A stretch of DNA of 64,000 nucleotides, taken from positions 930,001 to 994,000 of the forward strand of contig JASVEC010000013.1 in the NCBI GenBank assembly GCA_030770535.1. The letters are read 5' to 3'. The DNA is from Batkoa obscura (taxonomy: Eukaryota). Made by a program: the position numbers and the translations under genes. Of the stretch, positions 50,754 to 63,008 are shown in pieces; position 1 is the first letter of the stretch, and each line of letters starts with the position of its first letter. The notes beneath the pieces are model-generated. The model saw nothing but the letters and a program-made list of their open reading frames with translations, made no database searches and was not told where the DNA came from.

Positions 50754-51312
50754 TTTTGAATTTGAACTTTAAATTAAAAATTATAAAAAAATTAACAAAT
50801 TTATACTTTAAAAATAATTCGTGAAAGCAAGCCAGGCCAAGAACTTCAAAATGTATAATTTTCGCTTCAAATGTAAAATTTGCTTAGCTTCATTTAAGTG
50901 TAGAATTTAATTCTTATTTCACTTGCTAAATTAGGACAATGAAACGTTACTAAAATAAAATTCGCTCAAGTAAATTGTGACATGCTTAGTGATGATTTTT
51001 ATAATTAAATAATTCGTTAGCCAATTTTAAGAGCCTACCAGCTACTTTTAATGTGATTTTAGCTCAATCATGCTCTTAAATGAACAGTTAAAGGGGTCGC
51101 AGTTCACTTGAATTATTTATAATAAATATTATTTTTTGGATCAAAATAATCAAAATCAATGGGATTTTGATTAAAATTAATTTAGGGGAGACAACAGCCA
51201 AACTTCAAGAGGTTGCAAATAGAACTTATGATTTTTTATAATTATCTAATTTAAAAATAGTTTTGAAGGTTATCACTATTTGATACAACACATAGAAGAT
51301 TTTTAATATAAA

Positions 51313-54300
51313 ATGGACCCCCAAATAGACACAGTTAATGGAAAAGTACCAGTGCCTAAATATCAAAGTTTAGAAACTTCTACTCATACACCCACCAAAG
51401 TTGAAAATGGGAACAAAGTTGAGACAGAGGCTAGCGCGGCGACTGAAAATGTAATATAGTTTATCAAGAAATTAAGAATATGTGGTTAAACAACTATTAT
51501 CTAGGTTGAAGGGGAGACAGATACTATAGAAGAAGAAGAACCTTCAGCTGAAGTAAAACTATCCGTTAATGGGATGAAAAAAAATGTAAGAGAAACAGCA
51601 ACACATATACAACCAAAAAAACAAAAGTACTAACTTTATTATTTAGGCTAAAGAAGAAGCACAGCAAAGTATAGATCAACAAAAATTTTCACGGCTAAAT
51701 TTTTTATTGGAACGTAGTTCCATCTATTCTAAATTTTTATCCGAAAAGTTACAAACATTAAAATCAGAAAAGAAAGAAATCAAAACAGAAGTAATAGGGG
51801 ATGACGTTTCTTCTGGTAATGTTAATAAAAAACGAAAAGTTAAAAATAGTAAGAAAGGTGAGGAAGAACAGGTAGAAACTTTTTAATTTTTAATTTTCAT
51901 TATTTATAATATTTTGAAATTTAGATTAAAGTACACCCAAATCAACCTAAGTTATTATCGGGTGCTACTTTAAAAGATTATCAATTGGAAGGTATGGAAT
52001 GGCTAATTTCTTTATATGAAAATGGATTGAATGGTATCTTAGCCGATGAGATGGGGTTGGGAAAGGTAAATATTAATATAAACACATAGTGTAGTAATAT
52101 GCTAATCCTCATACCCAATAGACGATTCAAACAATTGCCTTTTTAAGTTATTTAATTGAACAAGGCATTAAAGGACCTTTTTTGATTGTAGTACCATTAA
52201 CTACACTTATTAATTGGATGAATGAATTTGCGAAATTTGCACCAAAAATTGAATGTCTAATGTTTTATGGTACTAAAGATGAACGAAACATTATTAAAAA
52301 AAAAGATTTTTTTGGGAATAAAGCTAAAAAACAAGTAATATTAACGAGTTATGAAGTGGCAATGAAAGATCGTAGTTTTTTACAGGTGAATATTATCGTT
52401 TGTGTATTTAAGAAATTAGAATAATGGAGTTTATTTTGGATAGAGATTTGCTTGGAAATATTTAGTAGTTGATGAAGGTCATAGATTAAAAAATTTTGAG
52501 TGTAAGCTTTCACTTGAATTAAAAAAAATTGGTGCAGCTAATAGATTATTGTTAACTGGCACTCCATTACATGTAAGTTTTTATTATGTTTATATGCTTA
52601 CTTATATTTATATTTTAAATAGAATAATTTAAGTGAACTTTGGGCATTATTAAATTTTATTTTACCTGATATTTTTGATGATCTGTCTTCATTTATTGAT
52701 TGGTAAAGATTATTATATTATATTATATTATATTATATTACTATATATTTTATTTATTGATATTGTTTATATTATTTAGGTTTGATTTTTCAGAAATACA
52801 GAATAATTATCAAAGTAATGCAAATGACCCAACACCGTTTAATGAAAACCAAAAAAATGAATTAATTGCTAAGTTACACTCGATTTTAAAACCCTTTTTA
52901 TTAAGAAGATTGAAAACGGACGGTAAATATAATAATTATAATTATTTATATATATTAATTACGTTAATTATATCTTTTTATTATAGTTGAAACAAGTTTA
53001 CCTAAAAAGAGAGAATATATTTTAAATGCTCATCTTACCTTGGAACAAAAAAGATATTATGAAGCTATATTAACGGGTAATATAAGAAAAGTAATTCTAG
53101 ATGAAAATAATGAGTTTAATTTAAATGAGGATCAAGTCAATGATAATAATAGTAATCTCATGAAAGGTAAATTAAATACAGTGATATGATATTTACATTA
53201 ACCTTACACATATCAGACACGAATTTAAGTAATCAACATTTATTAAATAAATTTATGCAATTAAGAAAAGTGTGTAATCATCCTTATATATTTTCAGCAC
53301 CTTATGATAAAGATACTGGAGAATATATATATGATCCAAAAGCCATTCTTAATAATTCTGGGAAAATGTTACTATTAGATAAATTATTAAAAGAGTTAAT
53401 AAATAGAGGGCATCGTGTTTTAATCTTTACTCAATTTACTAGACTATTGGATATTTTAGGTAAGTTGTTTTATTATTATATTAATATTATAACAATTTAT
53501 AATATATATATTTGTATATCATATACTATAATCTTAACATAAATTAATATTAGTTTTATCCTTATTTATATAGAAACTTATATGATTGAGGTTGGAAAAT
53601 GGGAGTATTGTCGAATTGATGGAACTGTTAGACAAGAATCTCGACAAACACAGATTAATGAATTTAATACAGATGATAAAGTCAAAGTGTTTTTAATTAG
53701 TACTAGAGCTGGTGGTTTAGGTATTAATTTAGCTACTGCTGATTCTGTTATCTTTTTTGATAGTGATTGGGTAAGTATTAGAATTTATAAGGGTAATAAT
53801 ATAAGTTACAATAATAATATAGTATAATATAATATAATATTTATTTATCTGTATTTAAAATAGAATCCCCAAATGGATCTTCAAGCCCAAGATCGAGCTC
53901 ATCGTATTGGTCAAAAGAAACCAGTAATTGTTTATAGATTAATAACAGCCAATACAGTAGAATCTAAATTAATTGGAAGAGCTAATTCTAAAAGATTATT
54001 GGAAAAATTAGTGATTCATAAAAGTAAGTTAAAATTATAATAATTACATATCTATTAACATTAATTAATGTAATTATAATAGATAAATTCAAAGGCTTAG
54101 GTTATAGCTCCAATGTTGAAGAAGAAACTTCCTTATTTAAAGACATGATTTACAATAATGAATACGAACAAGTAATTATTAAGCCTGGGGATGAATTGAT
54201 AAGTAAAAAAGATTTGAATCGTATTTTAGATCGTTCAGATGCAGCTTTTGAACAAGCAGAATTATTGTTAAAAAACCAAAAGAACATTGCTGTTACTTCA

Positions 54301-54369
54301 GAATCAAATGCATTTCAATTGTATGAAACAGCTAATACTGAAGAGAATAAGTTCAAGTTGGTAGAATAG
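51313..54369 (+). CDS. IRC5: SNF2-family remodeler, HELLS/LSH/DDM1 (Irc5) subfamily, multi-exon
   Basis: [81 protein letters not shown]. Confidence 0.88.
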
Positions 54370-55851
54370 TTTTGCAATAATAAAGATATACTTTAATGTT
54401 TATTATAAGAAAATTTATTTTATTTACTATTATTTGTTGTTATGGTATTTAAAATAAAAAGTTTATAGCTTAATTTATTTATTTATCGATAACATTAAAT
54501 TGAACAAAAATATTCTCCCCAAATATCAAATGATATTATCATAGGATATTTCATTAACATATAACCGCTTTTATTTGTATTAATAATTTTTTATAATAAA
54601 TTTTTTTACTTTAAAGCAATTAATTATAAAATAATATGATAAGCATCGGAATAAGTTTATATCTAAAGAATAGATGGTATTATTTGTTTAAAGTAATAAG
54701 TTTTCAAGCAGTTATTTAATACCAATAAGAAGATGACTTATTCCTTTAGTTATTGGTAAAGCTAAAGAAGGATAAATTTAGAATCTAATTTAAAATTTAA
54801 ATATACTCAAAATCATCCCAAAATTCTACTTTTCAACATTTTTAAACCAACTACCATTAACCAATTGAACCCACCAACCAATTTTTGTATATCTCTTAAT
54901 GGAAAATTTTTAGGCATTTAATTGGAGATCCAAGTTACTTTATTAGTCTTGATTGGCTCCAACTTAAAACATAGGGGGATAGCAACCAATCAAGAAGTTT
55001 TTTAAAGATGAACAAGTTACCCTTGTTTTTTTTTTCTTAATTGAAGAGTTATCTTTTGTACTTGTATTATAAAGGTAAAGATATTGTATCAAGTTATTAT
55101 TCGTTCTTAATTTTAATATTGATTTTAGATCTTAACCGTGATATTCATACTTTTTTAATTCAATCGGTTCCTTTTTTAAGAGAAAGTAAATCAAATTTTG
55201 CAAATTGGCATTGAAAGGTAATTATTTTGAAATTTATCATTTCATTTAATTTAGAGTATCAAATAATAATTTATTAATTAATTAATTTTATTTAAATAAG
55301 AAAGTAATATCATTAACATTAGATTGACTAATAAGATTGAGTTTTGATACCAATAATAATAAAACTTAATTACTGACTGTTTTATACTATTACAAGATTT
55401 GATGTAAGTTTATTTAGTATATTTGATTTTACTAACATTCCAACATTCATAACTGAATATAATGACTAATCGTTAGCAATTAATTTATTTAGATTGAAGA
55501 TTACTATTTTAATTCCAATTTGTTGCGTACTACAAACTTTTAATATATTTTTGTTAAATTTCAGGTAAATACAATTTTTATCAATCTTTTTTTATCTTTG
55601 CTATTTAAACATGAGTTTATTATATTACTATCGTTGATTTCAATTTTTATCAAACTTAATGTTACTTTTTTCATTATGTATAATGAATTAATTAATAAAT
55701 TGATAGCTGTTATTTTATAAATATTAAATTTTAATTGATAATAAAGCTTGAAGTATAAAGTTGGATTACCTTTTGAGCATAGTCACAATTTGTACTAATA
55801 TTTAAATAATTAATAAAAAATTTATTTATTAGGAATTTTCAATATTGGAAA

Positions 55852-58401
55852 ATGTCTAACTTTGAGAGTTTACCTGGAAATAATTCGGACTCCGATCGTA
55901 AACCAGTATTGTTTTCAGATGTCGATTCAGAGCTTACATCCTTTCCAGAAGATGAAGAAGACACTACGGATTTTTGTATATTTGAAAATAATCAGCCTAA
56001 TGATAATTTAACAGAAGAAAGTAATATTGATTTTAATTTAACGGAAGATAATGAAATATCAGGAAGTGAAAATATAAAAAATAAACCAAGATTTGGTTTT
56101 TATAGTCCAAAAATGCGAGTGCCATTATCAAATACTACCTTTTCAATTGAAGGTTCAATTTCGCCAATTCAATTTGAAAATTCAACAACAGAAAATAATG
56201 AATTAATACTAAATGAAATATTATTTGATAAAGACCCTGATTTTTTATCTGATGATGGAGATGTTACTGAACTTGCTGATTGGTCTTCTAGCTTAAGTTT
56301 GGATTCCATTGATACTACTTTAGATATAGAAAGTAAATCACCCTTACCAAATATCAATGAAATTGATATAGAAACTAGATCATTAAATGATAATAGCCCA
56401 GTAGACATAGGAACCACAGTATCTTCATTAACATCAATAACATCTAATACAGATAAAGAAGAAGAAGAAGAAGAAGAGGAGGGAGTGGAGCCTATAGTAG
56501 AAGAAGTGGAAGAATTCAATGAAGAAACTCAAATTCAACATCATCAAAATCGACCCTTAAATTTAAAAACAGGAATTGATTTAAGTAATCCCAATATGCA
56601 AGATCGAGCTGGCTTTACACAACTAATACGATGTGCTAAAAATGGGGATTTTGAAAATTGTTGTAAATTATTAAAAGCCAATGCTAATTTGCATATTTGT
56701 GATAATGGTGGTTGGACTTCATTACATATTGCATGTAGTCAAAAATATTCGGATATTGTGGAATTAATGATCTCTCATGGGGCTAATGTTAATGCTAGAA
56801 CAAATACGGGTAGTACACCATTACATGAAGCAGCTTCTTCTGGGTGTGAAAAATCAGTGAGAGCTTTATTAGAAGCCGGGGCTAATGTCAATTCAAGAAA
56901 TAAAAAAGGAAAATCAGCTATTGACTTATGTTCGAATAGTGAATGTCTTGAATTAATGCAACAACGATTAATTGATGTTTATTCACGTAATTACCAAGAT
57001 GATAGTGGAAGAACAGAGCTTCATTATGCTTGTTTAAGGAATGATGTAGATGAAGCTATTGATTTGATTGAAGGTGGAGCGGATGTTAATATTCAAGATA
57101 AAGATGGGAATGCACCATTACATATTTGTTCTGATTTAGATCATTCGGAAATATTAAAATATCTTTTATCACATGGGGCCCTTATTGATGCTAAAGATAA
57201 AAATGGGAATACACCGTTGCATTTGGCTTGTCAATCAAATAATATGACCATTGTAGATTTGTTAATAACAGATAAAGCGGATGCTTCAATTAGGAATAAT
57301 TCAGATTTAACACCCCATTTATTAACAAGTAATGAAGTCATTCAACAAGCTTGTAAAAGTCATATAATTGATTATTGTAACAATATCAATGGGTTCGATA
57401 TATTATTAAAGCCAGGTAAATCCGAAGTACAATTTAATGGAAAGAAAAATGGAGTTATATTAAGAGAAAAAACCAAAGTTAAAAAGAGAAAGTTAACACA
57501 AAAGAGTTTATCAAAATATATGCAAAATGAAGAAGCAAGTATTAATACAACTAATACAAGTACACCATCTCCATTATCTCAAAATGATAAAAGACGTAAA
57601 AGGTTACTTTCTATTTCTTTAGAACATCCACAAGAGAATATTACTATTCAACAAGTCAATGTTTATTCACAAACAGAATCAGATACAACAAATACATTAT
57701 CATCAAATTCTATTACTAATAGAAAGGTCAAGTTAAGTGAAGAAGAAAAGATAGTCTTAAAAAAAGCATTAGGATTTATACCTTTATATAGTGTATTATT
57801 ACCAGATCATTTAGATAAAGGCTTTATGATATTAGATTATCAATTACAACATTTTTTACCTATATTTAATCGACAAAATTATTTTGTAGAATTATACCCC
57901 ACTATATTTAGGTTATCATTAAATCAATATTATAAAGAACGTATGTGGCCTATAATGGAAAAAATGATTTATGCTAATACAACCCCAGATATGCCCAAAA
58001 ATAATCGACAAGGACCAAAAGATTTTTTCAAGAAGAGATTGAATTTTGTTAGATTAGATGATGTTGTCAAAATCATTCAAAAAGATTATCCATTATATGC
58101 TTTAGTTTTAGATATTGTTGCTTATGATATTCAATGGAATCCAATAACAGGGGACCCAGGTCCTAAAATGCCAGGGGATGATGGATTCCCTCCAAGTAGG
58201 ACAAGAAAGAAAATAAAAGGTGGTAGTCCCTTTTCAACAATTTCACCGTGTGAGTTGGATATTGGTTATTTTGGTACTCCAAGGTATATTTATAACGTTA
58301 AAGAATTTTTAAAAAAGCATCCCAAAGTAAATCCATGTCCTCATCTTTCTTTGGAACAAGGAGCTTATTATTATATTACTCGACAACAACCGAAGTCCTA
58401 A
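55852..58401 (+). CDS. Ankyrin-repeat protein with acidic N-terminus (possibly Hos4/Set3C-like)
   Basis: 849-aa intronless ORF with two blocks of ankyrin repeats (GxTPLH). The C-terminal PLY..YP...KERMW..FV segment is reminiscent of Hos4-like proteins (recalled, unverified). Confidence 0.8.
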   Translation: MSNFESLPGNNSDSDRKPVLFSDVDSELTSFPEDEEDTTDFCIFENNQPNDNLTEESNIDFNLTEDNEISGSENIKNKPRFGFYSPKMRVPLSNTTFSIEGSISPIQFENSTTENNELILNEILFDKDPDFLSDDGDVTELADWSSSLSLDSIDTTLDIESKSPLPNINEIDIETRSLNDNSPVDIGTTVSSLTSITSNTDKEEEEEEEEGVEPIVEEVEEFNEETQIQHHQNRPLNLKTGIDLSNPNMQDRAGFTQLIRCAKNGDFENCCKLLKANANLHICDNGGWTSLHIACSQKYSDIVELMISHGANVNARTNTGSTPLHEAASSGCEKSVRALLEAGANVNSRNKKGKSAIDLCSNSECLELMQQRLIDVYSRNYQDDSGRTELHYACLRNDVDEAIDLIEGGADVNIQDKDGNAPLHICSDLDHSEILKYLLSHGALIDAKDKNGNTPLHLACQSNNMTIVDLLITDKADASIRNNSDLTPHLLTSNEVIQQACKSHIIDYCNNINGFDILLKPGKSEVQFNGKKNGVILREKTKVKKRKLTQKSLSKYMQNEEASINTTNTSTPSPLSQNDKRRKRLLSISLEHPQENITIQQVNVYSQTESDTTNTLSSNSITNRKVKLSEEEKIVLKKALGFIPLYSVLLPDHLDKGFMILDYQLQHFLPIFNRQNYFVELYPTIFRLSLNQYYKERMWPIMEKMIYANTTPDMPKNNRQGPKDFFKKRLNFVRLDDVVKIIQKDYPLYALVLDIVAYDIQWNPITGDPGPKMPGDDGFPPSRTRKKIKGGSPFSTISPCELDIGYFGTPRYIYNVKEFLKKHPKVNPCPHLSLEQGAYYYITRQQPKS

Positions 58402-58924
58402 ATTTTGGTTTAAGGTTTATCTTTTTTCATTCATTTTTGTTATCTCTCTATTCTCTCATTTCTTTTTTTAAGTCTATAATCAACCACTCTTTGTCATTTT
58501 TTTAAGGATATTTAATTTTATTCCAAGTAAATACTAGATACTAGTTCAAGGCTAAATTGTCAATTTTAAGAAATTCAAATTGAATTTTTGAAGTATAAAA
58601 TATAATTTATTTATTGTATTTTTTTCTATCTTTTTGATATCCTCGTTTTATGTTAATATTTTTATTTTTGCTTCTTTGAATGTTAACGTTGTTTAAAAAG
58701 ATCAAATTAGAAGTAAAATTTTGTTTGTGAAATCTTGTAAAAATCAACGAATTGATAGAAAATTGATAGTTATATAAATTATATTCAATGGGGTTATCGG
58801 TTAAAGTGTGATAAATATGATTATAATAAAATATTTAAAGATCATTTGATATTTTGAAAGGAACAAAAATAATTATATATGATTAATTTAATTTTATTAC
58901 GTTATAAATTTAGTTTTTGATTAT

Positions 58925-59019
58925 AGGAGTACTTTTTGGTTTCATTACTTTTTCCATTTTTTAAGCGCTATTCAAGTGGAAAGATTGTTAGTAAAATTCT
59001 TAAACAAAAAATACATCCC
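58925..59019 (-). mobile_element. MITE family A
   Basis: AGGAGTACTTTTTGGTTTCA...AGCGCT...ATACATCCC-ATAT. Confidence 0.85.
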
Positions 59020-59418
59020 ATATTATTATTTTAATAAATTCTTTAAGAATATTCTTTGTTTTAAAGTTTACATTTCATAAAAAGGGGACAAAATATCAAT
59101 GTAGATAAAGATATTACTATTATTATTATTTCAATACTTTTTACATTATTGAAGTAAATAAGTATGAGTATAAGCATAAGGATAAATTAATATAACAACA
59201 TAGTAATCCGTAAGTAATATTAAAAAAATAAAATATAGAAATTCTTTCAACGGTTATATACATTTATGTACTTTTAAAATTTAAAGTTAATTGTATAGTT
59301 GAAGAAAAAATTAGCATAAATAGTTTAACTAAAAAAATATGATTAATTCAAAAATATGATACTTAATATGATTTTTTTTATAAATTTTATTGATTTAAGT
59401 TACAATAAAATCATAGAT

Positions 59419-60729
59419 TTAATCAGAATGTTCATTTTGAATTGAATAACTCTCCTTTCTTTGCGTTAAAGGGGATTGCTGGGTAGAGCAATGAATTGTA
59501 CCTCCACCGTTAGAAATTCCATCCACCGTAATTTGTATAATCAACTTATCCTTGAACAAATCCTTCAAAGTTTTAAATGCAGTGAGATCAGCATTAGGGT
59601 CACCATATTGAGACATTAATACATATTTCTCACCAGCATAGAAGCCAACATAACTTGCCGCAAAACCATCACTATTAAAGTTGGCACTATTACGACTCCA
59701 GCCATTTCTTGCTGTAACTGCTGAACGTACCAATGAAAGGTCAGGTGTGTTTAATGGAACTGGAGTCAGTTTATTTTCAGACACATCAGTACTGTTTTGT
59801 AAAACTTGTTTGTTAAATAAAGTTGATTTGTAATCAGGCGAGCTGGGGTCATTATCTAAGGCATAGATAATGTGTCCATTTCCAGAGAAACGTGCATAAA
59901 AGTCAATGTGTCCATCTGTAATATCTTTAGCTTTAACACCTGGTAACCATAACACCTTCTTGACACCAAGGGTACGGTCAAGTTCCAATTCTATATCTAC
60001 TTTACTTTTTCCTGGATTGCGATTGGGATTAATAATGCAACTTTCGGTGCATATAGCAGTACCTTTTCCATCTACCTCAACACCACCTCCTTCCATAACA
60101 AGCCAAGTTGGTATTTTAATAGCTTTTGTTTGATTTATAGTGAAATCAGCAATATTTTGATCGTTTTCAATAGGCTGGTATTGAATACCATTGGCAGCCT
60201 TATTTTTGTCTTCTTTCCATCCTTTGGCTCCAGTATCGCTTTGACCCCAACCATTGAAATTGAAGTTTACACCGTACAGTAATTGGTTGGAATCAGTAAC
60301 AAAAACAGCACTTGTATCACGAATCCATAGATCATCTACAGGCTGAATAACAAATTGTATATTACTAAGTTGAACCTCGGGCAACGATTTGCCACCAGTA
60401 AAAATAGCACCATCTTCATAAGAATCAGACAGCGCACTGATGGGTTCAAGGATAACTTGATCTAAAAGCTTTTTAGCTTCAGCTTTATCCTTTGAATCAC
60501 TAACAATCATGACTACAGGTTCAAAACGTGCAACATTAGCAGCAATACGCATAAGATCCTTTCTAGCAATTAGGCGGTTGGCACCAAAGGCACCCCTTTT
60601 TCCCCATGCCCTGGTTGTAGCACCATAGGCCATCCATGTAAACTGATGTTTATTTCTTTCTTCAGGCATAATAGTATTAGCTATTGAAAAGTTTGTAATA
60701 ATAAAAATACTGATAAGTAACGATAACAT
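59419..60729 (-). CDS. Agmatine deiminase / Porphyromonas-type peptidylarginine deiminase family, predicted secreted
   Basis: First ATG at 60729 gives hydrophobic MLSLLISIFIITNFSIA; motifs MPEE..H..TWM, DLWIRD, FNGWG, EGGG, TESC, TDGHID, SY and GGGTIHCSTQQ. Confidence 0.93.
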   Translation of the reverse strand: MLSLLISIFIITNFSIANTIMPEERNKHQFTWMAYGATTRAWGKRGAFGANRLIARKDLMRIAANVARFEPVVMIVSDSKDKAEAKKLLDQVILEPISALSDSYEDGAIFTGGKSLPEVQLSNIQFVIQPVDDLWIRDTSAVFVTDSNQLLYGVNFNFNGWGQSDTGAKGWKEDKNKAANGIQYQPIENDQNIADFTINQTKAIKIPTWLVMEGGGVEVDGKGTAICTESCIINPNRNPGKSKVDIELELDRTLGVKKVLWLPGVKAKDITDGHIDFYARFSGNGHIIYALDNDPSSPDYKSTLFNKQVLQNSTDVSENKLTPVPLNTPDLSLVRSAVTARNGWSRNSANFNSDGFAASYVGFYAGEKYVLMSQYGDPNADLTAFKTLKDLFKDKLIIQITVDGISNGGGTIHCSTQQSPLTQRKESYSIQNEHSD

Positions 60730-61327
60730 GGTCGTTGGAGTACTGTAGTTTTTGGCAAAAATAAAATTTGTTGATGGAAACAGATACACATTGCCACGAT
60801 TATATACCTTTCTAATTTTAAAGTTCAAACTACGCCTCCAAAAAATCTTAATTTGAAAGTCCAAACCACACCTCCATAGTAAAAGTTCTTTAATTCAAAG
60901 ATCAGACTAATTGATTTTAGCTGGCCGTAAGCTTACCTTTTATACCAAGCTTTGGGCTAATTGCTTTAAAATTTCTCAGATTTTAATGCTTGAGATTATT
61001 TTCAAAATAGGAAGCGGCGAAATGGATTTCAATAAAAATAAAAATATATCAAATATTGTTTCTACATCCCATTTAATAGCTTGAATGTCTACAATACTAA
61101 CTTTATATTAGCTCTATATACTTTTTGGTATATGTAGTTAAGTTAAGGCTATACTAAATGATGCTCTTAATAAAACATAGAGTAATGATCTATCAAAGAT
61201 TACGCCCTTAGCCATATTAGATAAGTATATTCATTATGTTATAATTCATGCAACTTAAACAGTTAAAAAAATGTTCCAGAAAATGGATTTAAGTAATATT
61301 CTATGCAACTTGTCTTATTAGATCGAT

Positions 61328-61780
61328 TTTATAACTCTAGTTTAAACTTTTAAATTGGAATAAGCATAAAACTATTTTATTAAATGATAATCAAAACTTT
61401 TATCCGACTTTTTTACTCTATAATACTTTCAGCTATGATTTGATTTATTTTAAATAATTTTATCTGTAAAGCAACAGACTGTAATAATAATATAATAGGT
61501 TTTTTAAAACTGTAATTTTGTTTTTTTAGCAATATTAAAAAATTATAATAGTAATAGCATTGTATATTATGACTTAAATGAATTTACATTTTGAAAGAAA
61601 AATACGTTTATTTAATTATTATAAGCTGTTGCTTTACACGTAAATTTATGTAATTAAAATAAACTATTTAACAGCTCAAATGAAAGTATTATAGAGTAAA
61701 AAATCGGATAAAAGTTTTGATTATCATTTAATAAAATAGTTTTATGCTTATTCCAATTTAAAAGTTTAACTAGTTATAAA
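61328..61780. repeat. Foldback element with inverted arms of about 165 bp
   Basis: AAATTGGAATAAGCATAAAACTATTTTATTAAATGATAATCAAAACTTTTATCCGA and its reverse complement at about 61700-61760; partial third arm at about 61845-61895. Confidence 0.85.
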
Positions 61781-61966
61781 TTATTTAATAACAAATTTTA
61801 TAAAATATTAGTTTAGTTTAGTTTTTAAATTTAGAAAATGTAATACTATTTTGCTAAATAATTATCAAAACTTTTATCCGGTTCTTTTACTTTAATTATA
61901 ATTCATCGATTTATAATAATATTTAATTTATAAAATAAGTAAATTTAAAAAAAACAGTTTATATAT

Positions 61967-62066
61967 GGGGGGTGTTTTTCTTGGTTTCATTATTTTTTCC
62001 ATTTTTTAAGCGCTATTCAAGTGGAAAGATTGTTAGTAAAATTCCTAAACACAAAAATACATCTCC
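61967..62066 (-). mobile_element. MITE family A
   Basis: ATAT-GGGGGGTGTTTT...AATACATCTCC-ATAT. Confidence 0.9.
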
Positions 62067-62240
62067 ATATAAATACTTGGTATCATTTCAAAAAATTACA
62101 TAATAAATGCTATAAAAATGTCATATAAAAAAGACATTAATCAGAAAAGTAGTATTTATCAAAAATAAAATAAAAATACAAAAATATAAAAAATAAAAAG
62201 ATAATAAAAATAACAAAAAGACAAAATAAAATCATAACCA

Positions 62241-62406
62241 CAGTTGTTGCAACTTTATTGCAACCTAATTAACTATTCATTTTTAGAGTAAAATTTAGCT
62301 AAAATCAAGCTAAAATCTAGGAATCAGGATTTGAAAAACCCAAATAATCAAACAATTGACTCCAAAAATCGCTACAAATTAGGCTACAATAGAGCTGCAA
62401 CAGCTG
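62241..62406. mobile_element. MITE family B copy
   Basis: CAGTTGTTGCAACTTTATTG...CAATAGAGCTGCAACAGCTG-TA. Confidence 0.7.
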
Positions 62407-63008
62407 TATCTTTTTATTTTAGTTTATTGTTTATAAGAATTTCTAGTGTGTGGCAATTTAATAAAATTAAAAAATATATGCTACAACTAACACAAGACAA
62501 ACGTGCATCCTTATGTTGGAATTTAGAATAAAAAGTGTACATAAAAATAACAACATAGAATACACTTTTATTGAAAAGCAGAACTTCATAACATGACGCC
62601 GTGAATAGTTTATTTTCAAATCCCAGTAGTACTATTATTTTATATATCTTTGTATAAATATTAATTTATGCAATTATTATTTTAGGTTGAACACTCCGTT
62701 CATCGATCCCCTTTTTATAGCAGGAGATTTCCAATTTTATTATTTAAAGTTAAATTGTACAATGGGCTTGAATCTATTATTGCTAAAAATTGACAAAAAT
62801 AAAATCTAAGTTGACGAAAATAGACCAAATAGCATTGATTGTATTCAAACTTTTAGTTTATAAATGAGTAAATGCCTTTATAAGGAACCTTAAAATTTAA
62901 AGTTTAAAACTTGAAACAAAACAATTGTCATTGAGTGAGTATATAAGGGAATTCGAATTGTTATAAAAAACAAAAGCTTTTTACTTTGTTTATTAACGTT
63001 AGCTTTGA

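Noticed and set aside
60730..60864. N-terminal extension of the deiminase ORF from a TTG start
   Set aside because: Eukaryotic context; the first ATG at 60729 yields a signal peptide directly before the conserved MPxE motif.
24867..62066. ~96-bp repeats as a CRISPR array, SINEs or tRNAs
   Set aside because: They are dispersed in both orientations with TIRs and ATAT TSDs, and have no spacers, A/B boxes or poly(A) tail.
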